Assembly: GCA_963662615.2 (NCBI GenBank) | Contig: CAXXSR010000001.1 | Location: 768,001-832,000 of the forward strand | Length of the DNA: 64,000 nucleotides | Source: Dehalococcoidia bacterium | GTDB lineage: Bacteria > Chloroflexota > Dehalococcoidia > Bin125 | Reading direction: 5' to 3' | Shown: piece by piece, positions 1 to 9,077 of the stretch | How the letters are laid out: each line of letters starts with the position of its first letter | How positions within the stretch are numbered: position 1 is the stretch's first letter | Notes under the pieces: model-generated | Seen by the model: only the letters and a program-made list of their open reading frames with translations | What the model was told of the DNA's origin: nothing | The model's database searches: none | Translations under genes and position numbers: made by a program

Positions 1-265
1 ACTCCAAGTCCAGCGCCACCGACTGCTTGCCGCTGTGCAGCCAGTTGAACAGGAGGGAGCGTTCGGGGCCGGGCTCATCATCCAGGAACGGGCCCGCCGA
101 GCGCAGCGGATCGCCCCACGGGGGCTCCACCTTCACTACCGTCGCGCCGTATTGGGCCAGCAGCTTACTGCAGAATCCGCCCGCAATGCCGCTGCTGGCG
201 TCAATGACCCGCAGAGGGGCGAGCGGCAGCTCCATCGTGCTCGTGCTGGCGGACTCAGGGCTCAC
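1..265 (-). CDS. CoA-transferase family III (CaiB/BaiF), N-terminal part; runs off the window edge
   Basis: Manual translation, not in ORF track: (M)SPESASTSTMELPLAPLRVIDASSGIAGGFCSKLLAQYGATVVKVEPPWGDPLRSAGPF...LFNWLHSGKQSVALDL matches the typical CaiB N-terminus. Start is GTG 265 or ATG 235. Confidence 0.85.
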   Translation of the reverse strand, partial: MSPESASTSTMELPLAPLRVIDASSGIAGGFCSKLLAQYGATVVKVEPPWGDPLRSAGPFLDDEPGPERSLLFNWLHSGKQSVALDLE

Positions 266-390
266 GGGTGGGCAGGCCTCACGTCGCCTTCGACACTAGG
301 GGCCCAGAATGGTGGGCAAAAAGCCCGGCGCCCCTCCGCACGGAAGGACGCCGGGACCAGAGACTTAAGCTTCGGTCGATATTCCTTCCC

Positions 391-1959
391 TTATTCCAAG
401 AAGCCGGGGGTGCCGGGCGGCGCCTCCGTCGGCGGCGCGGTGAACTGACAACTGAACTGAATCTCGCCCACACCGTCGAACGGCGCCGCCATGCACACTT
501 CCGTGCCGTGCGTGACGATGTGCTGAGCATCGAACTGGAAGGTATCGGAGACCACGCCGTGGAAGACGACCTGCAGGATCGCCTCGACGATCGCGTCGGT
601 GTCGTCCACCGTGCCGGCGTCCTGCATGGCCTGGAAGAGCATGTAGTAGTCGTCGTAGGTCAGCAGCGCCACACTGGAGAACACCCGCAGCTCATTGCCG
701 ACCGCTTCGTACCGCTTCCAGAACGCCTTCGCCTCTTCCCTGTCCGTCTCTCCCCAGCAGAGCGGAACGCATGCCATCGCGACGGGCAGAGGCGACTCGA
801 TCGCCTGCGCCTTGTACGCGCCGGGGTCGAGCCCGAAGAGGAAGTAGCCGGTCTTGGCCGCCTCGATCTCCAGCGCCTGCGGGATGGCGGTCAGCGCCTT
901 CGCGGAGTCGTACCAGAAGTGGATGATGTCCGGGTCGAGTGCCTTGGCCCGCGTCAAGAACGGCGCGAAGTCCGTGGTCTCAGGCGGCCAGAAGATGATA
1001 TCCGGCACTTCCTGGCCGTTCGCTTCCAGCGCCCGCTTGTAGAACGGGCCCAGGAACTGCCCGGTGGCGTCGTTCGTCATCAAGAGCACCGAGACCTTGG
1101 CGTTCGGGTCAATGAGGTCTACGGCGCCTTTCGCCACGCTGCCGCTGCGCTGCCATTCTCGCGTCTCCGTCTGGAAGAGGTAATGGCTCTGGCCGCCCAG
1201 GACTACGTCTTCCGGCTGGAGAATCTCCTCCAGGGTGCTGGAGCCGGAGAAGTGCATCACCTTGGCGGGCTGGGTGATTTTGGAGCCGGCAATGGCGAAG
1301 TCGTGGGGGTTCGAGCCGAACTGGAACTTAATCCCCACGTCGCGCACCAGCTCCTGGGAGTGCGCCACCGACGTGTTGATGTCGGAGCGGTCATCGCGGG
1401 TGAGGAGCCTGATCTTGTAGAGCGTGTCCCCCACCAGGAAGCCCCCGTCCGGCTCGCAGATGCCCACGCTCTCGCAGTAGCCCCCGAGGTTATCGTTGAC
1501 TTCTCGCTCGATCAGCTTGGCCACGGAGTGGTACGTGTGCGCGAACACCTCGAACGAGCCCGAGTTCGGCGCCACCACGCCGATCGGGATGATCCCCGTC
1601 TTCTGCACGGTCGGCGCGTCTGCGGCCCGCGCCTCTGCGGCCCGCGCCTCCGCCTCTGCGGCCCGCGCCTCCGCCTCTGCGGCCGTCGCGCGCGCCGCTG
1701 CCGCCTCAGCCTCGGTTTCGGCCTCGGCAATGGCGGCCTGCGCCTGCTGCGCCTCCGCCCGTGCCGCCGCGGCCTCCGCCTCGGCGCTTGCTATCTCCTG
1801 TTGGGCCGCCGCCGCGTCCTGTTGGGCCGCCGCCGCCGCCGCGGGCGCTCCGTCGTCGTCGTCGTCGCCGCAGGCCGCCGCCAGCGCCAGCGCCAGGACG
1901 ACGAGGACCGTGAACAGCGACGCCCACAGCTTCCGCTTGTTTCTCGTTCGTTTCCGCAA
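391..1959 (-). CDS. ABC transporter substrate-binding lipoprotein, branched-chain amino acid (LivJ-like) family, with Ala/Glu-rich linker
   Basis: Lipobox LAAAC followed by GDDDDD; AAEAEAR repeats; IPIGVVAPNSG, DDRSD and TDFAPFLTRAKALDPDII motifs of periplasmic binding protein type 1. Confidence 0.85.
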   Translation of the reverse strand: MRKRTRNKRKLWASLFTVLVVLALALAAACGDDDDDGAPAAAAAAQQDAAAAQQEIASAEAEAAAARAEAQQAQAAIAEAETEAEAAAARATAAEAEARAAEAEARAAEARAADAPTVQKTGIIPIGVVAPNSGSFEVFAHTYHSVAKLIEREVNDNLGGYCESVGICEPDGGFLVGDTLYKIRLLTRDDRSDINTSVAHSQELVRDVGIKFQFGSNPHDFAIAGSKITQPAKVMHFSGSSTLEEILQPEDVVLGGQSHYLFQTETREWQRSGSVAKGAVDLIDPNAKVSVLLMTNDATGQFLGPFYKRALEANGQEVPDIIFWPPETTDFAPFLTRAKALDPDIIHFWYDSAKALTAIPQALEIEAAKTGYFLFGLDPGAYKAQAIESPLPVAMACVPLCWGETDREEAKAFWKRYEAVGNELRVFSSVALLTYDDYYMLFQAMQDAGTVDDTDAIVEAILQVVFHGVVSDTFQFDAQHIVTHGTEVCMAAPFDGVGEIQFSCQFTAPPTEAPPGTPGFLE

Positions 1960-2287
1960 AGTCTCGCCTCTCTAGCTCAACTTGCGTTGACTAGCACGGG
2001 CCTCCATCGCCGCTGCGGCACGGCCCGGCTCCTGAATGATGGGGTTCCACCCGCTTGATCGTGTCCGCTGGCACCCTCCGTTCCGCGAAACGCGGTCGCG
2101 TCCTTGTCCCTCGCAATAGGCTGTCACCACGCTGCGATCTAGGCAACCCAGCTAACAGAACGCCCCACGCTTGGCAAGGGACCACCGGGCGGCGTGCCCA
2201 TTCACGATGCGCCCTCTGCATCGACGCTAGAGTGCGCCCTGGGTAGCGCTCGTCTCTCCCCACTCCGGTCGGGTTGCATGGCGGGAG

Positions 2288-3163
2288 GTGATTCCGGTGA
2301 CCTCGGTCCTCGCCAAGCGGGCTCTGCGTCCAGATGACGTCCTCTTCATCTGCGATTTCACGCCTCCGCGCAGCGCCGATCCGGATCGGCTCGAGCCCGC
2401 CCGCCATCTGGACGCCGATTTCATCTCCGTCGCCTACAACCCCGGCAAGAGCGTCCGCGTCACCTCGGTCGCTGCGGCCGCCTGGATCATGCAGCGTGCT
2501 GGCAAAGAAGTCGTCTTCACCCTCGCCACCCGCGACATGAACAAGCTGGCGGTGCAGAGCCTTCTCCTGGGGGCCGCGCTTTGGGGCTTGGAGAACGTGG
2601 TCATCGTCCAAGGCGACGCCTTCACTGAAAAGGAGTTGACCGCGGTCAGCGCCGTGGACGACTTTCGCCCCACGGAGCTGATCCGCTCCGTCCTGGCGCT
2701 CAACGACGGCCGTGACTACAAGGGCGGCAAGCTTCCCGACCCCACCAACCTCTGCGTCGGCGCCACCATCGACCTCGGCGACGACCGCGAGCGCCAGGCG
2801 CAGCTCAGCCATCGCAAGGTCCAGGCCGGCGCCCAGTTCTTCCTCCTCCAAGCCCTCTTTGATCCGCTCCACCTGGAGCAGTTCCTGGACCTGTACGCGC
2901 GCGTCGCCGGCGAACCGCTCGCCGTCCCGCTCTTCGCCGGCATCCAGATCCTCACGCCGGACAGCCTCGTCTTCGGCCCGGTGCCTGCATGGATCACGGA
3001 CGACCTCGCCACGGGCCGGCCGGGCGAGGAGATCGCCGTCGCCCTCGTGCATCAATTCATCGACAGCGGCTTCAAGTCCATCTACCTGATCCCGCCCATC
3101 CTTCGTGGCGGACGCCGTGACTACCCGGCCGCCCAACGCGTCTTGGCGGCGTTTCGCGGCTAG
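2288..3163 (+). CDS. metF: Methylenetetrahydrofolate reductase family protein
   Basis: DFTPPRS, FTLATRDMNKLAVQSLLLGA, VQGD, KVQAGAQFFLLQALFD motifs. Confidence 0.8.
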   Translation: MIPVTSVLAKRALRPDDVLFICDFTPPRSADPDRLEPARHLDADFISVAYNPGKSVRVTSVAAAAWIMQRAGKEVVFTLATRDMNKLAVQSLLLGAALWGLENVVIVQGDAFTEKELTAVSAVDDFRPTELIRSVLALNDGRDYKGGKLPDPTNLCVGATIDLGDDRERQAQLSHRKVQAGAQFFLLQALFDPLHLEQFLDLYARVAGEPLAVPLFAGIQILTPDSLVFGPVPAWITDDLATGRPGEEIAVALVHQFIDSGFKSIYLIPPILRGGRRDYPAAQRVLAAFRG

Positions 3164-3167
3164 CGCC

Positions 3168-3190
3168 GTCCTTCCCGTTACGGGAAGGAC
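3168..3190 (+). terminator. Perfect 10-bp hairpin just after metF (putative terminator)
   Basis: GTCCTTCCCG-TTA-CGGGAAGGAC, 4 nt after the stop codon; no U-tract. Confidence 0.5.
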
Positions 3191-3309
3191 CGACGCCGGC
3201 GCCACCGGCCAACGACGGCAAGCGCGCCGACACCCGACCGGCCTACACTGATCGGCGCCCTCCTGCAGAAGGTCGCATCCGTCCCCGGCACGGAGAGGAG
3301 TCACCCCCC

Positions 3310-3810
3310 ATGACACGATTGAGCCTCCTGACCGACGAAGAGCTAGACCCCGAGCTGCGCTCCTGGCTCAACGGCACCGACAGCGACCTCTCGCTCCGGG
3401 CCTATGCGCACGCCCCGGAGCTGCTCAAATCCTTCACCGCCTTTTTCAAGCCGCTGCGATTCGGCGGCCGTCTGGAGCCGGAGCTGAAGGAGCTGCTGCG
3501 GCTGAAGGTCGCGGAGCTCAACGACTGCTCCTTCTGACTGCGGCAGCGCGCTTCTCTGGACGAGAAGCAACTCGCCGACGAGGACAAGGCCTGCAAGCTG
3601 TCCAACTTCGAGAACGAGGATTTCAGCGAGCGAGAGAAAGTGGCGCTCCGCTTCAGTGAGCGTTTCGTCCTGGAGTCCCACGGCGTTGACGACGCGCTCT
3701 ACGCCGACCTCCGCCGCCATTTCAGCGAACCCGAGATTGTGGAGCTGGGCTGGGCCGTCGGAAGTTTCCTCTTCCGGGGCCGGCTCAACGTCGCCTTTGG
3801 CTTGGAGTAG
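3310..3810 (+). CDS. Carboxymuconolactone decarboxylase/AhpD-like selenoprotein (Sec at UGA 3535-3537, CxxU)
   Basis: RBS GAGGAG; ...LKELLRLKVAELNDCSF-TGA-LRQRASL...FSEREKVALRFSERF...YADLRRHFSEPEIVELG...RLNVAFGLE-TAG reads as one continuous AhpD-like fold; hairpin downstream of the UGA. Confidence 0.85.
3550..3568 (+). promoter_or_regulatory. Putative bacterial SECIS element
   Basis: GCTTCTC-TGGAC-GAGAAGC: 7-bp stem with a G-containing 5-nt loop, starting 12 nt after the in-frame UGA. Confidence 0.7.
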
Positions 3811-3912
3811 CCGCGCCGCCAACAGCCGCATCGCCGTCGCCACCGGCGGCATCCGCCGCATCCTGCGCTGGCTGCAAACGTGTGGCGAGCCCGCCGCCGC
3901 CGCCAGCGCTGT

Positions 3913-4115
3913 CGGCTAACCTGCCCCCTGCTCGGCGACGCGCGCTGTGACGCCGGGCCGCGGCGGTGAGCGGATCGGCGCCGGCGAGCGGCCCAGAGAC
4001 GGAGCCGCTTCGAGCGCAGGACCGGAGTGCGGGAAAGTTCGAACAAGCGCGCTTTGACAACGGACCGCAGTGCGACCACGCTGGCACCCATGGTCCGCAT
4101 CGCGTTCCTGGCGAT
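3913..4115 (+). repeat. 203-bp duplicated upstream/promoter/signal-start block, copy 1
   Basis: Ungapped match to 5168-5370 (offset 1255); the last ~80 bp are nearly identical. Confidence 0.95.
4054..4092 (+). promoter_or_regulatory. Sigma70-type promoter for a probable leaderless mRNA
   Basis: TTGACA-N17-CACGCT-N7-ATG with no SD sequence; identical at 5309-5347. Confidence 0.6.
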
Positions 4116-5046
4116 GTCCGCGCTGGTGCTTCTCACCGCCTGCTCCTTCGGCCTCAGCGAGGCTGAGAAGCGCTACAACAAAGGAGTCGATCACGACGAC
4201 GACGGGCGCTGGCAGGAAGCCATCGCCGAATACGATGCTGCGATCGAGCTCGACCCTGAGTTCGTTGAAGCCTACGTAAACCGCAGCGCCTCGAACTTCA
4301 ATCTCGGCCGCCACGACGAGGCGATCCGCGATGCGACCACGGCTATCGACCTCGATCCCGACGATGACAATGTGCTGGCGCAAGCCTACGTCAACCGATC
4401 AGCCGTCTTGGGTGACCGCCCCGCAGAGGCGCTCGCCGATGACGACGCCGCCATCGCGCTTGAGCCGTCCGATCTGAACATCCTCGCGCAAGCTCACGCG
4501 AACCGCGCTCTCGACCTGGGTGCGCTCGGACGAGGTGATGAAGCGATCAGGGCCGCGACCACGGCCATCGATCTCCAGCCGGACGACGTCAATGTCCGGG
4601 CGCAAGCCCTCCTGGCCCGCTCCTTTGCCTTGAGCGACCGCCCCGAACAGGCGCTCGCCGATGACGACGCCGCCATCGCGCTTCAGCCGTCCGATCTGAA
4701 TGTCCTGGCGCAAGCTCACGCCTACCGGGCCTATGACCTGGTCGCGCTGGGACGGAGCGATGACGCAATCAAGGCCGCGACCACGGCGATCGAACTCCAG
4801 CCGGGCGACGTCAATGTCCTGGCGCGATCCTACCTCGCCCGTTCAGCCGCCATGGGCGATCGCTACGAAGAGGCGCTGGCCGATGACGACGCGGCGATCA
4901 CGCTTGAGCCGACCGACGTGAGCGTCCTCGCGGAAGCCTACTTCTATCGTGCGGCGGACCTGTCGAGCCTCGGACGAGAAGGAGAAGCAGAACTTGCACT
5001 TGCCAAGACTTGCGAGCTGGGATTCAATGATGCCCCCGTGTGCTGA
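4090..5046 (+). CDS. Tetratricopeptide-repeat lipoprotein
   Basis: Signal/lipobox MVRIAFLAMSALVLLTAC; TPR units (AIAEYDAAIELDP...AYVNR); internal 74-aa (222-bp) repeats. Start moved from 4027 to the ATG at 4090. Confidence 0.85.
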   Translation: MVRIAFLAMSALVLLTACSFGLSEAEKRYNKGVDHDDDGRWQEAIAEYDAAIELDPEFVEAYVNRSASNFNLGRHDEAIRDATTAIDLDPDDDNVLAQAYVNRSAVLGDRPAEALADDDAAIALEPSDLNILAQAHANRALDLGALGRGDEAIRAATTAIDLQPDDVNVRAQALLARSFALSDRPEQALADDDAAIALQPSDLNVLAQAHAYRAYDLVALGRSDDAIKAATTAIELQPGDVNVLARSYLARSAAMGDRYEEALADDDAAITLEPTDVSVLAEAYFYRAADLSSLGREGEAELALAKTCELGFNDAPVC

Positions 5047-5135
5047 GCCATAGCCCGATGGGGTCTCCCGGCGGGCTACAGTCCCGGGCAGCGGACATCG
5101 CCACCCCGGCCTCGGCGTCTGACTAGAGCGCGTCC

Positions 5136-5174
5136 ATGAACCCCAACGAATTCCGCCGCACCGCTCCCGGCTAA
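5136..5174 (+). pseudogene. 5' fragment of the decarboxylase gene (MNPNEFRRTAPG*)
   Basis: ATGAACCCCAACGAATTCCGCCG matches the decarboxylase start at 7405 (ATGAACCCCAACGACTTCCGCCG). Confidence 0.7.
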
Positions 5175-5370
5175 CCCGCCCCCTGCTCGGCGAAGCGCGC
5201 CGTCACACCGAACTGCGGCGGTGAGCGTGTCGGCGTCGGCGAGCTGCTCGGAGACGGAGCCGCTCCGGGCGCAGGACCGGAGTGCGGGAACGTTCGAACA
5301 AGCGCGCTTTGACAACGGACCGCAGTGCGACCACGCTGGCACCCATGTTCCGCATCGCATTCCTGGCGAT
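5168..5370 (+). repeat. 203-bp duplicated upstream/promoter/signal-start block, copy 2
   Basis: Matches 3913-4115. Confidence 0.95.
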
Positions 5371-7126
5371 CGCCCTCGCCGCTTGCGGCGGCGATAGCGA
5401 TGATCGCGAATCCGCCGAGCCGACGACAGCAGAGGCTCCGGCAGCCGAAACGGCCATGCTGGAAGTGGAACCGTCTAGCGCCGAGACCCCGGCGGCTGCA
5501 TCTGCGAGCGTAGAAGCGGAACCGTCCCCCGCCGCCGCGCCTCCTGCCGCCTCCGAGGCGACCGAGGACGCCCAGGCGCACGCGGAACGCGCGGCGGAGC
5601 TGCTCGAAGAGCGGCAATGGGAAGAAGCGATCGCGGAGTTCGATCAGGCCATAGCGCTCGGCTCCGACCTCCCGGACTCCGAGCTTGCAGCGTTTCACGC
5701 TGGCCGGGCACGGGGATACATCGGGATCGCGGATTACCAGCAAGCCCTTGCCGATGCCGACTTGGCCCTCGCCTACGTCCGTCGGGCCGCCGCCCACAAC
5801 GGCCTTGACCGGTTCCGAGAGCCATTAGCGGACAGCGACCGGGCAATCGAGCTCGACCCCGAGTCTGCTGTGGCGTTCATCGTTAGGGCGCGGGCTCACG
5901 CCAACCTGGGAGACCATGAGCTGGCCTTCGCGGATGCCAATCGGGCTGTGGAGTTAGATCCCCTGTCTGCCAGAGTGGTCGCCCTGCGAGCAGCGACGTA
6001 CCTGGACCTAGGAAATTACGACCGAGCGTTGGTGGACGCCAGCCGGGCCATCGATCTCGACCCATTGTATGCCTTCGCGTACTCCGTCCGAGGCGGCGCG
6101 CATGCCGCGCTTGGCAAGTTTGATCGAGCGCTCTTCGACTACAACCGGGCAATCGAGCTTGACCCCGAATCCGCCCTCGCCTACGGGACGCGGAGTGTCG
6201 CGCACCGAGACCTCGGCGACCCCGAAAGGGCGCTCGCCGACGCCAGCCGCGCGATCGAGCTCGACCCGGGACTCGCGGGCGCATACGTCAGCCGGGGAAA
6301 CGCGCACTACGACCTCGGCAACCTGGAACAGGCCCTCGCCGACTACGAGCGGGCGCTTGAGCTCAACCCGGACGACCCGACGGCCCAACGCAACCGAGAT
6401 CTAGTCCTTGGCGACCTCGCGGCGGCGGAAGTCCCCTCCGCGGCCCTGCCGGGGCTGGAGAGCTACCGCTTCACACTTTCGCTCGCGTTCGATCTCGAAG
6501 TTGACGATCCGACCGTGTCGGGCGCGCTGACCTTTGTAATCGCTAGCGAGGGAGAGTGGGTGGCGCCGGACCGTTTCCACGCGCGCTGTGAAGGAACGGC
6601 ATTCGGCCTGGCACTCCAGGAGGAAGTCATCAGCATCGGCACGGAGTCGTGGATCATGTCCCAGATTGCGGGCCGATTCGTCGCAGGCGAACCGGCATAC
6701 TGCGGCCCCGATCTCTCGCCCGGGGCTTTTGCCGCCGATCTTCTGGAGTCCCTGGAGACTCTTCCCTTCAGGGGGGAGCCGGAGACGGTGAACGGAGTCG
6801 AGGCGCTCCGCTACCGCATCGACGAGGATACGATCGCCCAAATCTTGCAGTTGCAAGAGCTGTTTGGCGGCTCGGAAGAGCTCTTCGGAGATATCCCGTT
6901 CGAGATCTCGCCGGAAGACTTCACGTCCCTCGAGTTCGATCTCTGGGTTGCGAGAAACGGCGGCTGGCTGGTCAAGCTCGCGATGGAGTTGGGCCTCGAA
7001 GTTGAGGGGCAGGAGGTTCGGTTAGCCATTGGTCTGGACGTCACGGACGCGAACGGGCCGGACGTGCGACTTGGGGTGCCGGACTCGGTTCTCCAGGAGC
7101 TCCTGAGCTCGGAAGGCCGAGAATGA
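5345..7126 (+). CDS. Lipoprotein with TPR array and C-terminal LppX/LprAFG-like domain
   Basis: Lipobox ALAAC; about 8 TPRs (ALADASRAIELDP); C-terminal LESYRFTL...GEWVAPDR...ETVNGVEALRY...DLWVARNGGWLVK resembles LolA/LppX-fold lipoproteins. Confidence 0.8.
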   Translation: MFRIAFLAIALAACGGDSDDRESAEPTTAEAPAAETAMLEVEPSSAETPAAASASVEAEPSPAAAPPAASEATEDAQAHAERAAELLEERQWEEAIAEFDQAIALGSDLPDSELAAFHAGRARGYIGIADYQQALADADLALAYVRRAAAHNGLDRFREPLADSDRAIELDPESAVAFIVRARAHANLGDHELAFADANRAVELDPLSARVVALRAATYLDLGNYDRALVDASRAIDLDPLYAFAYSVRGGAHAALGKFDRALFDYNRAIELDPESALAYGTRSVAHRDLGDPERALADASRAIELDPGLAGAYVSRGNAHYDLGNLEQALADYERALELNPDDPTAQRNRDLVLGDLAAAEVPSAALPGLESYRFTLSLAFDLEVDDPTVSGALTFVIASEGEWVAPDRFHARCEGTAFGLALQEEVISIGTESWIMSQIAGRFVAGEPAYCGPDLSPGAFAADLLESLETLPFRGEPETVNGVEALRYRIDEDTIAQILQLQELFGGSEELFGDIPFEISPEDFTSLEFDLWVARNGGWLVKLAMELGLEVEGQEVRLAIGLDVTDANGPDVRLGVPDSVLQELLSSEGRE

Positions 7127-7127
7127 A

Positions 7128-7267
7128 CCGTCAAAATCGGCGTCAATGCTCCCAACTCCGGCCCCTGGGAAGTGTTCGGGCACACGTACCATTCCGCGGC
7201 GAATCTGGTTGAGGACGAGGTCAACAACGGCTCCGACTACTGCGACAACGTCGTCTTCCCCTGTGGC
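7128..7267 (+). pseudogene. Internal fragment of an ABC substrate-binding protein paralogous to 391-1959
   Basis: TVKIGVNAPNSGPWEVFGHTYHSAANLVEDEVNNGSDYCDNV aligns with IIPIGVVAPNSGSFEVFAHTYHSVAKLIEREVNDNLGGYCESV; no start codon and no downstream continuation. Confidence 0.8.
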
Positions 7268-7404
7268 GCTACCGCCGCCGCCGACCGCGCCGCCAGGAAC
7301 TCCGGGATTCTAACCGCGGTTCGCCAAGCGTTCCCAGGCTGGGCGTCGCTGCACGGCTTCTCGTAGACAGAGGGATGACTCGTTCGCCGCGAGGAGGCCG
7401 CCCC

Positions 7405-8700
7405 ATGAACCCCAACGACTTCCGCCGTAACGCCCACACCTTCGTCGACTGGATGGCCGATTACTACGAAGGCGTGGAGGCCTATCCCGTCCGATCGCCC
7501 GTCGCCCCCGGCGACATCGCGGCGCGGCTCCCGACGTCTCCTCCGCTCGACGCTGAGCCCATCGACCGCATCTTCGCCGACTTCAAGACCCACCTCCTGC
7601 CCGGCATCACCCACTGGCAGCACCCCAGCTTCTTCGCCTATTTCCCCGCCAACGCCAGCCCGCCCTCCGTCCTGGCGGAGATGCTCACCGCCAGCTTGGG
7701 CATGCTCACCGCCAGCTTGGGCGTGCAGGGCATGATCTGGCAGACCTCGCCCGCCGCCACCGGGCTGCGCGTCTACTGCTCCGAGGAGGCGCACTCATCC
7801 GTGGAAAAGGACGTCAAGATCGCCGGGATGGGGCGGCGCAACCTCCGCAAGATCCCCGTCGACGGCCGCTTCGCCATGCGCCCCGATGCGCTCGAGCAGG
7901 CCATCACCCAGGACCTCGCCCACGGCGCCACCCCCGCCTGCGTCGTCGCCACCCTTGGCACCACCGGCGCCTCCGGCATCGACCCGCTCCGCCCCATTGG
8001 TGAGATTTGCCGCCGCCACGGCGTCTGGCTCCACGTCGACGCCGCCTGGGCCGGCAGCGCCCTGATCCTGCCCGAGTACCGCTGGCTCATCGACGGCATC
8101 GAAGACGTGGACAGCTTCGTCTTCAATCCGCACAAGTGGCTCTTCACCAACTTCGACTGCTCCGCCTATTTTGTCCGCGACGCCGACGCCCTCACCCGCA
8201 CCTTCGCCATCCTCCCCGAGTACCTCAAGAGCCGCGAAGACGCGGACGTCACGAACTATCGCGACTGGGGCATCCCCTTGGGCCGGCGCTTCCGCGCACT
8301 GAAACTCTGGTTCGTGATCCGCGCCTACGGCCTCGACGGCCTCCGACGCCGCATCGCCGCCCACATCGACTGGGCCCACACCCTCGCCCGCCAGATCGAC
8401 GAGGCGGACGGCTTCGAGCTGCTCGTGCCGCCCACGCTGGCGCTCCTCTGCTTCCGCTTCCACCCTGCCGACGTCCACGAGCCCGCCGTCCTCGACCGCC
8501 TCAACCAGCAGCTGCTGGACCGCCTCAACGACAGCGGCGCGCTCTACCTCACCCACACGCGTCTGAACGGCGCCTACGCCATTCGCTTCTGCATTGGCCA
8601 GACGCACACGCAGCAGCGCCACGTCGATACCGCCTGGCAGCGCATCCGCGAGACCGCCGCCGCCCTTCCCGTCCCCTCCCAGCGCCAGACGCCGGAGTAA
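7405..8700 (+). CDS. PLP-dependent aromatic-L-amino-acid decarboxylase (group II), apparently internally deleted; possible pseudogene
   Basis: RBS GAGGAGG; GITHWQHPSFFAYFPAN, HVDAAWAG, FNPHKW (PLP Lys), LGRRFRALKLW. WQTSPAAT is joined directly to GLRVYCSEEAHSS, and MLTASLG is duplicated. Confidence 0.85.
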   Translation: MNPNDFRRNAHTFVDWMADYYEGVEAYPVRSPVAPGDIAARLPTSPPLDAEPIDRIFADFKTHLLPGITHWQHPSFFAYFPANASPPSVLAEMLTASLGMLTASLGVQGMIWQTSPAATGLRVYCSEEAHSSVEKDVKIAGMGRRNLRKIPVDGRFAMRPDALEQAITQDLAHGATPACVVATLGTTGASGIDPLRPIGEICRRHGVWLHVDAAWAGSALILPEYRWLIDGIEDVDSFVFNPHKWLFTNFDCSAYFVRDADALTRTFAILPEYLKSREDADVTNYRDWGIPLGRRFRALKLWFVIRAYGLDGLRRRIAAHIDWAHTLARQIDEADGFELLVPPTLALLCFRFHPADVHEPAVLDRLNQQLLDRLNDSGALYLTHTRLNGAYAIRFCIGQTHTQQRHVDTAWQRIRETAAALPVPSQRQTPE

Positions 8701-8774
8701 TCCGGCTGCGAACGCCGCGGAGCCAACGGCGTATATGTAGTGACGCTGTCGTGACCCCTCATCTCCGTTCCTGC
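8616..8774 (+). repeat. 159-bp direct repeat, copy 1 (decarboxylase 3' end plus downstream region)
   Basis: Ungapped, roughly 85% identical to 11454-11612 (manual count about 22 mismatches). Confidence 0.95.
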
Positions 8775-9077
8775 GATGGCACCTCCTAGCGCCCCTGGAC
8801 GACACCGAAGCGCCGTCCGCCCTGTACGGGGGTCCCACGGCCCGAGATGGATCGGTCGAGGAATCCACTTGCCGATCCCTTCTGAGGCGGCTATTCGCCG
8901 TACACGGCGTTCGTCGCGGCCGACCGCGGACCCCACGGGCCGGCGCGCCGGGCATCCCCTCCGCGACAAGCTAGATCGAGAGAATTTCTCGGGGGCCCCT
9001 TTCGCGGCAGGGCGCGCGGGGCCCCCGCTTCGCACACCGCACGCCGTCGCGGGTGGGACACGCGAGGGGTCAACCGG

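Noticed and set aside
1990-2290. SAM/SAH/ZMP riboswitch upstream of metF
   Set aside because: No recognisable conserved aptamer core found by eye.
4030-4053. LexA box in the duplicated TPR promoter (GTTCGAACAAGCGCG)
   Set aside because: At least two mismatches in one half-site of GAAC-N4-GTTC.
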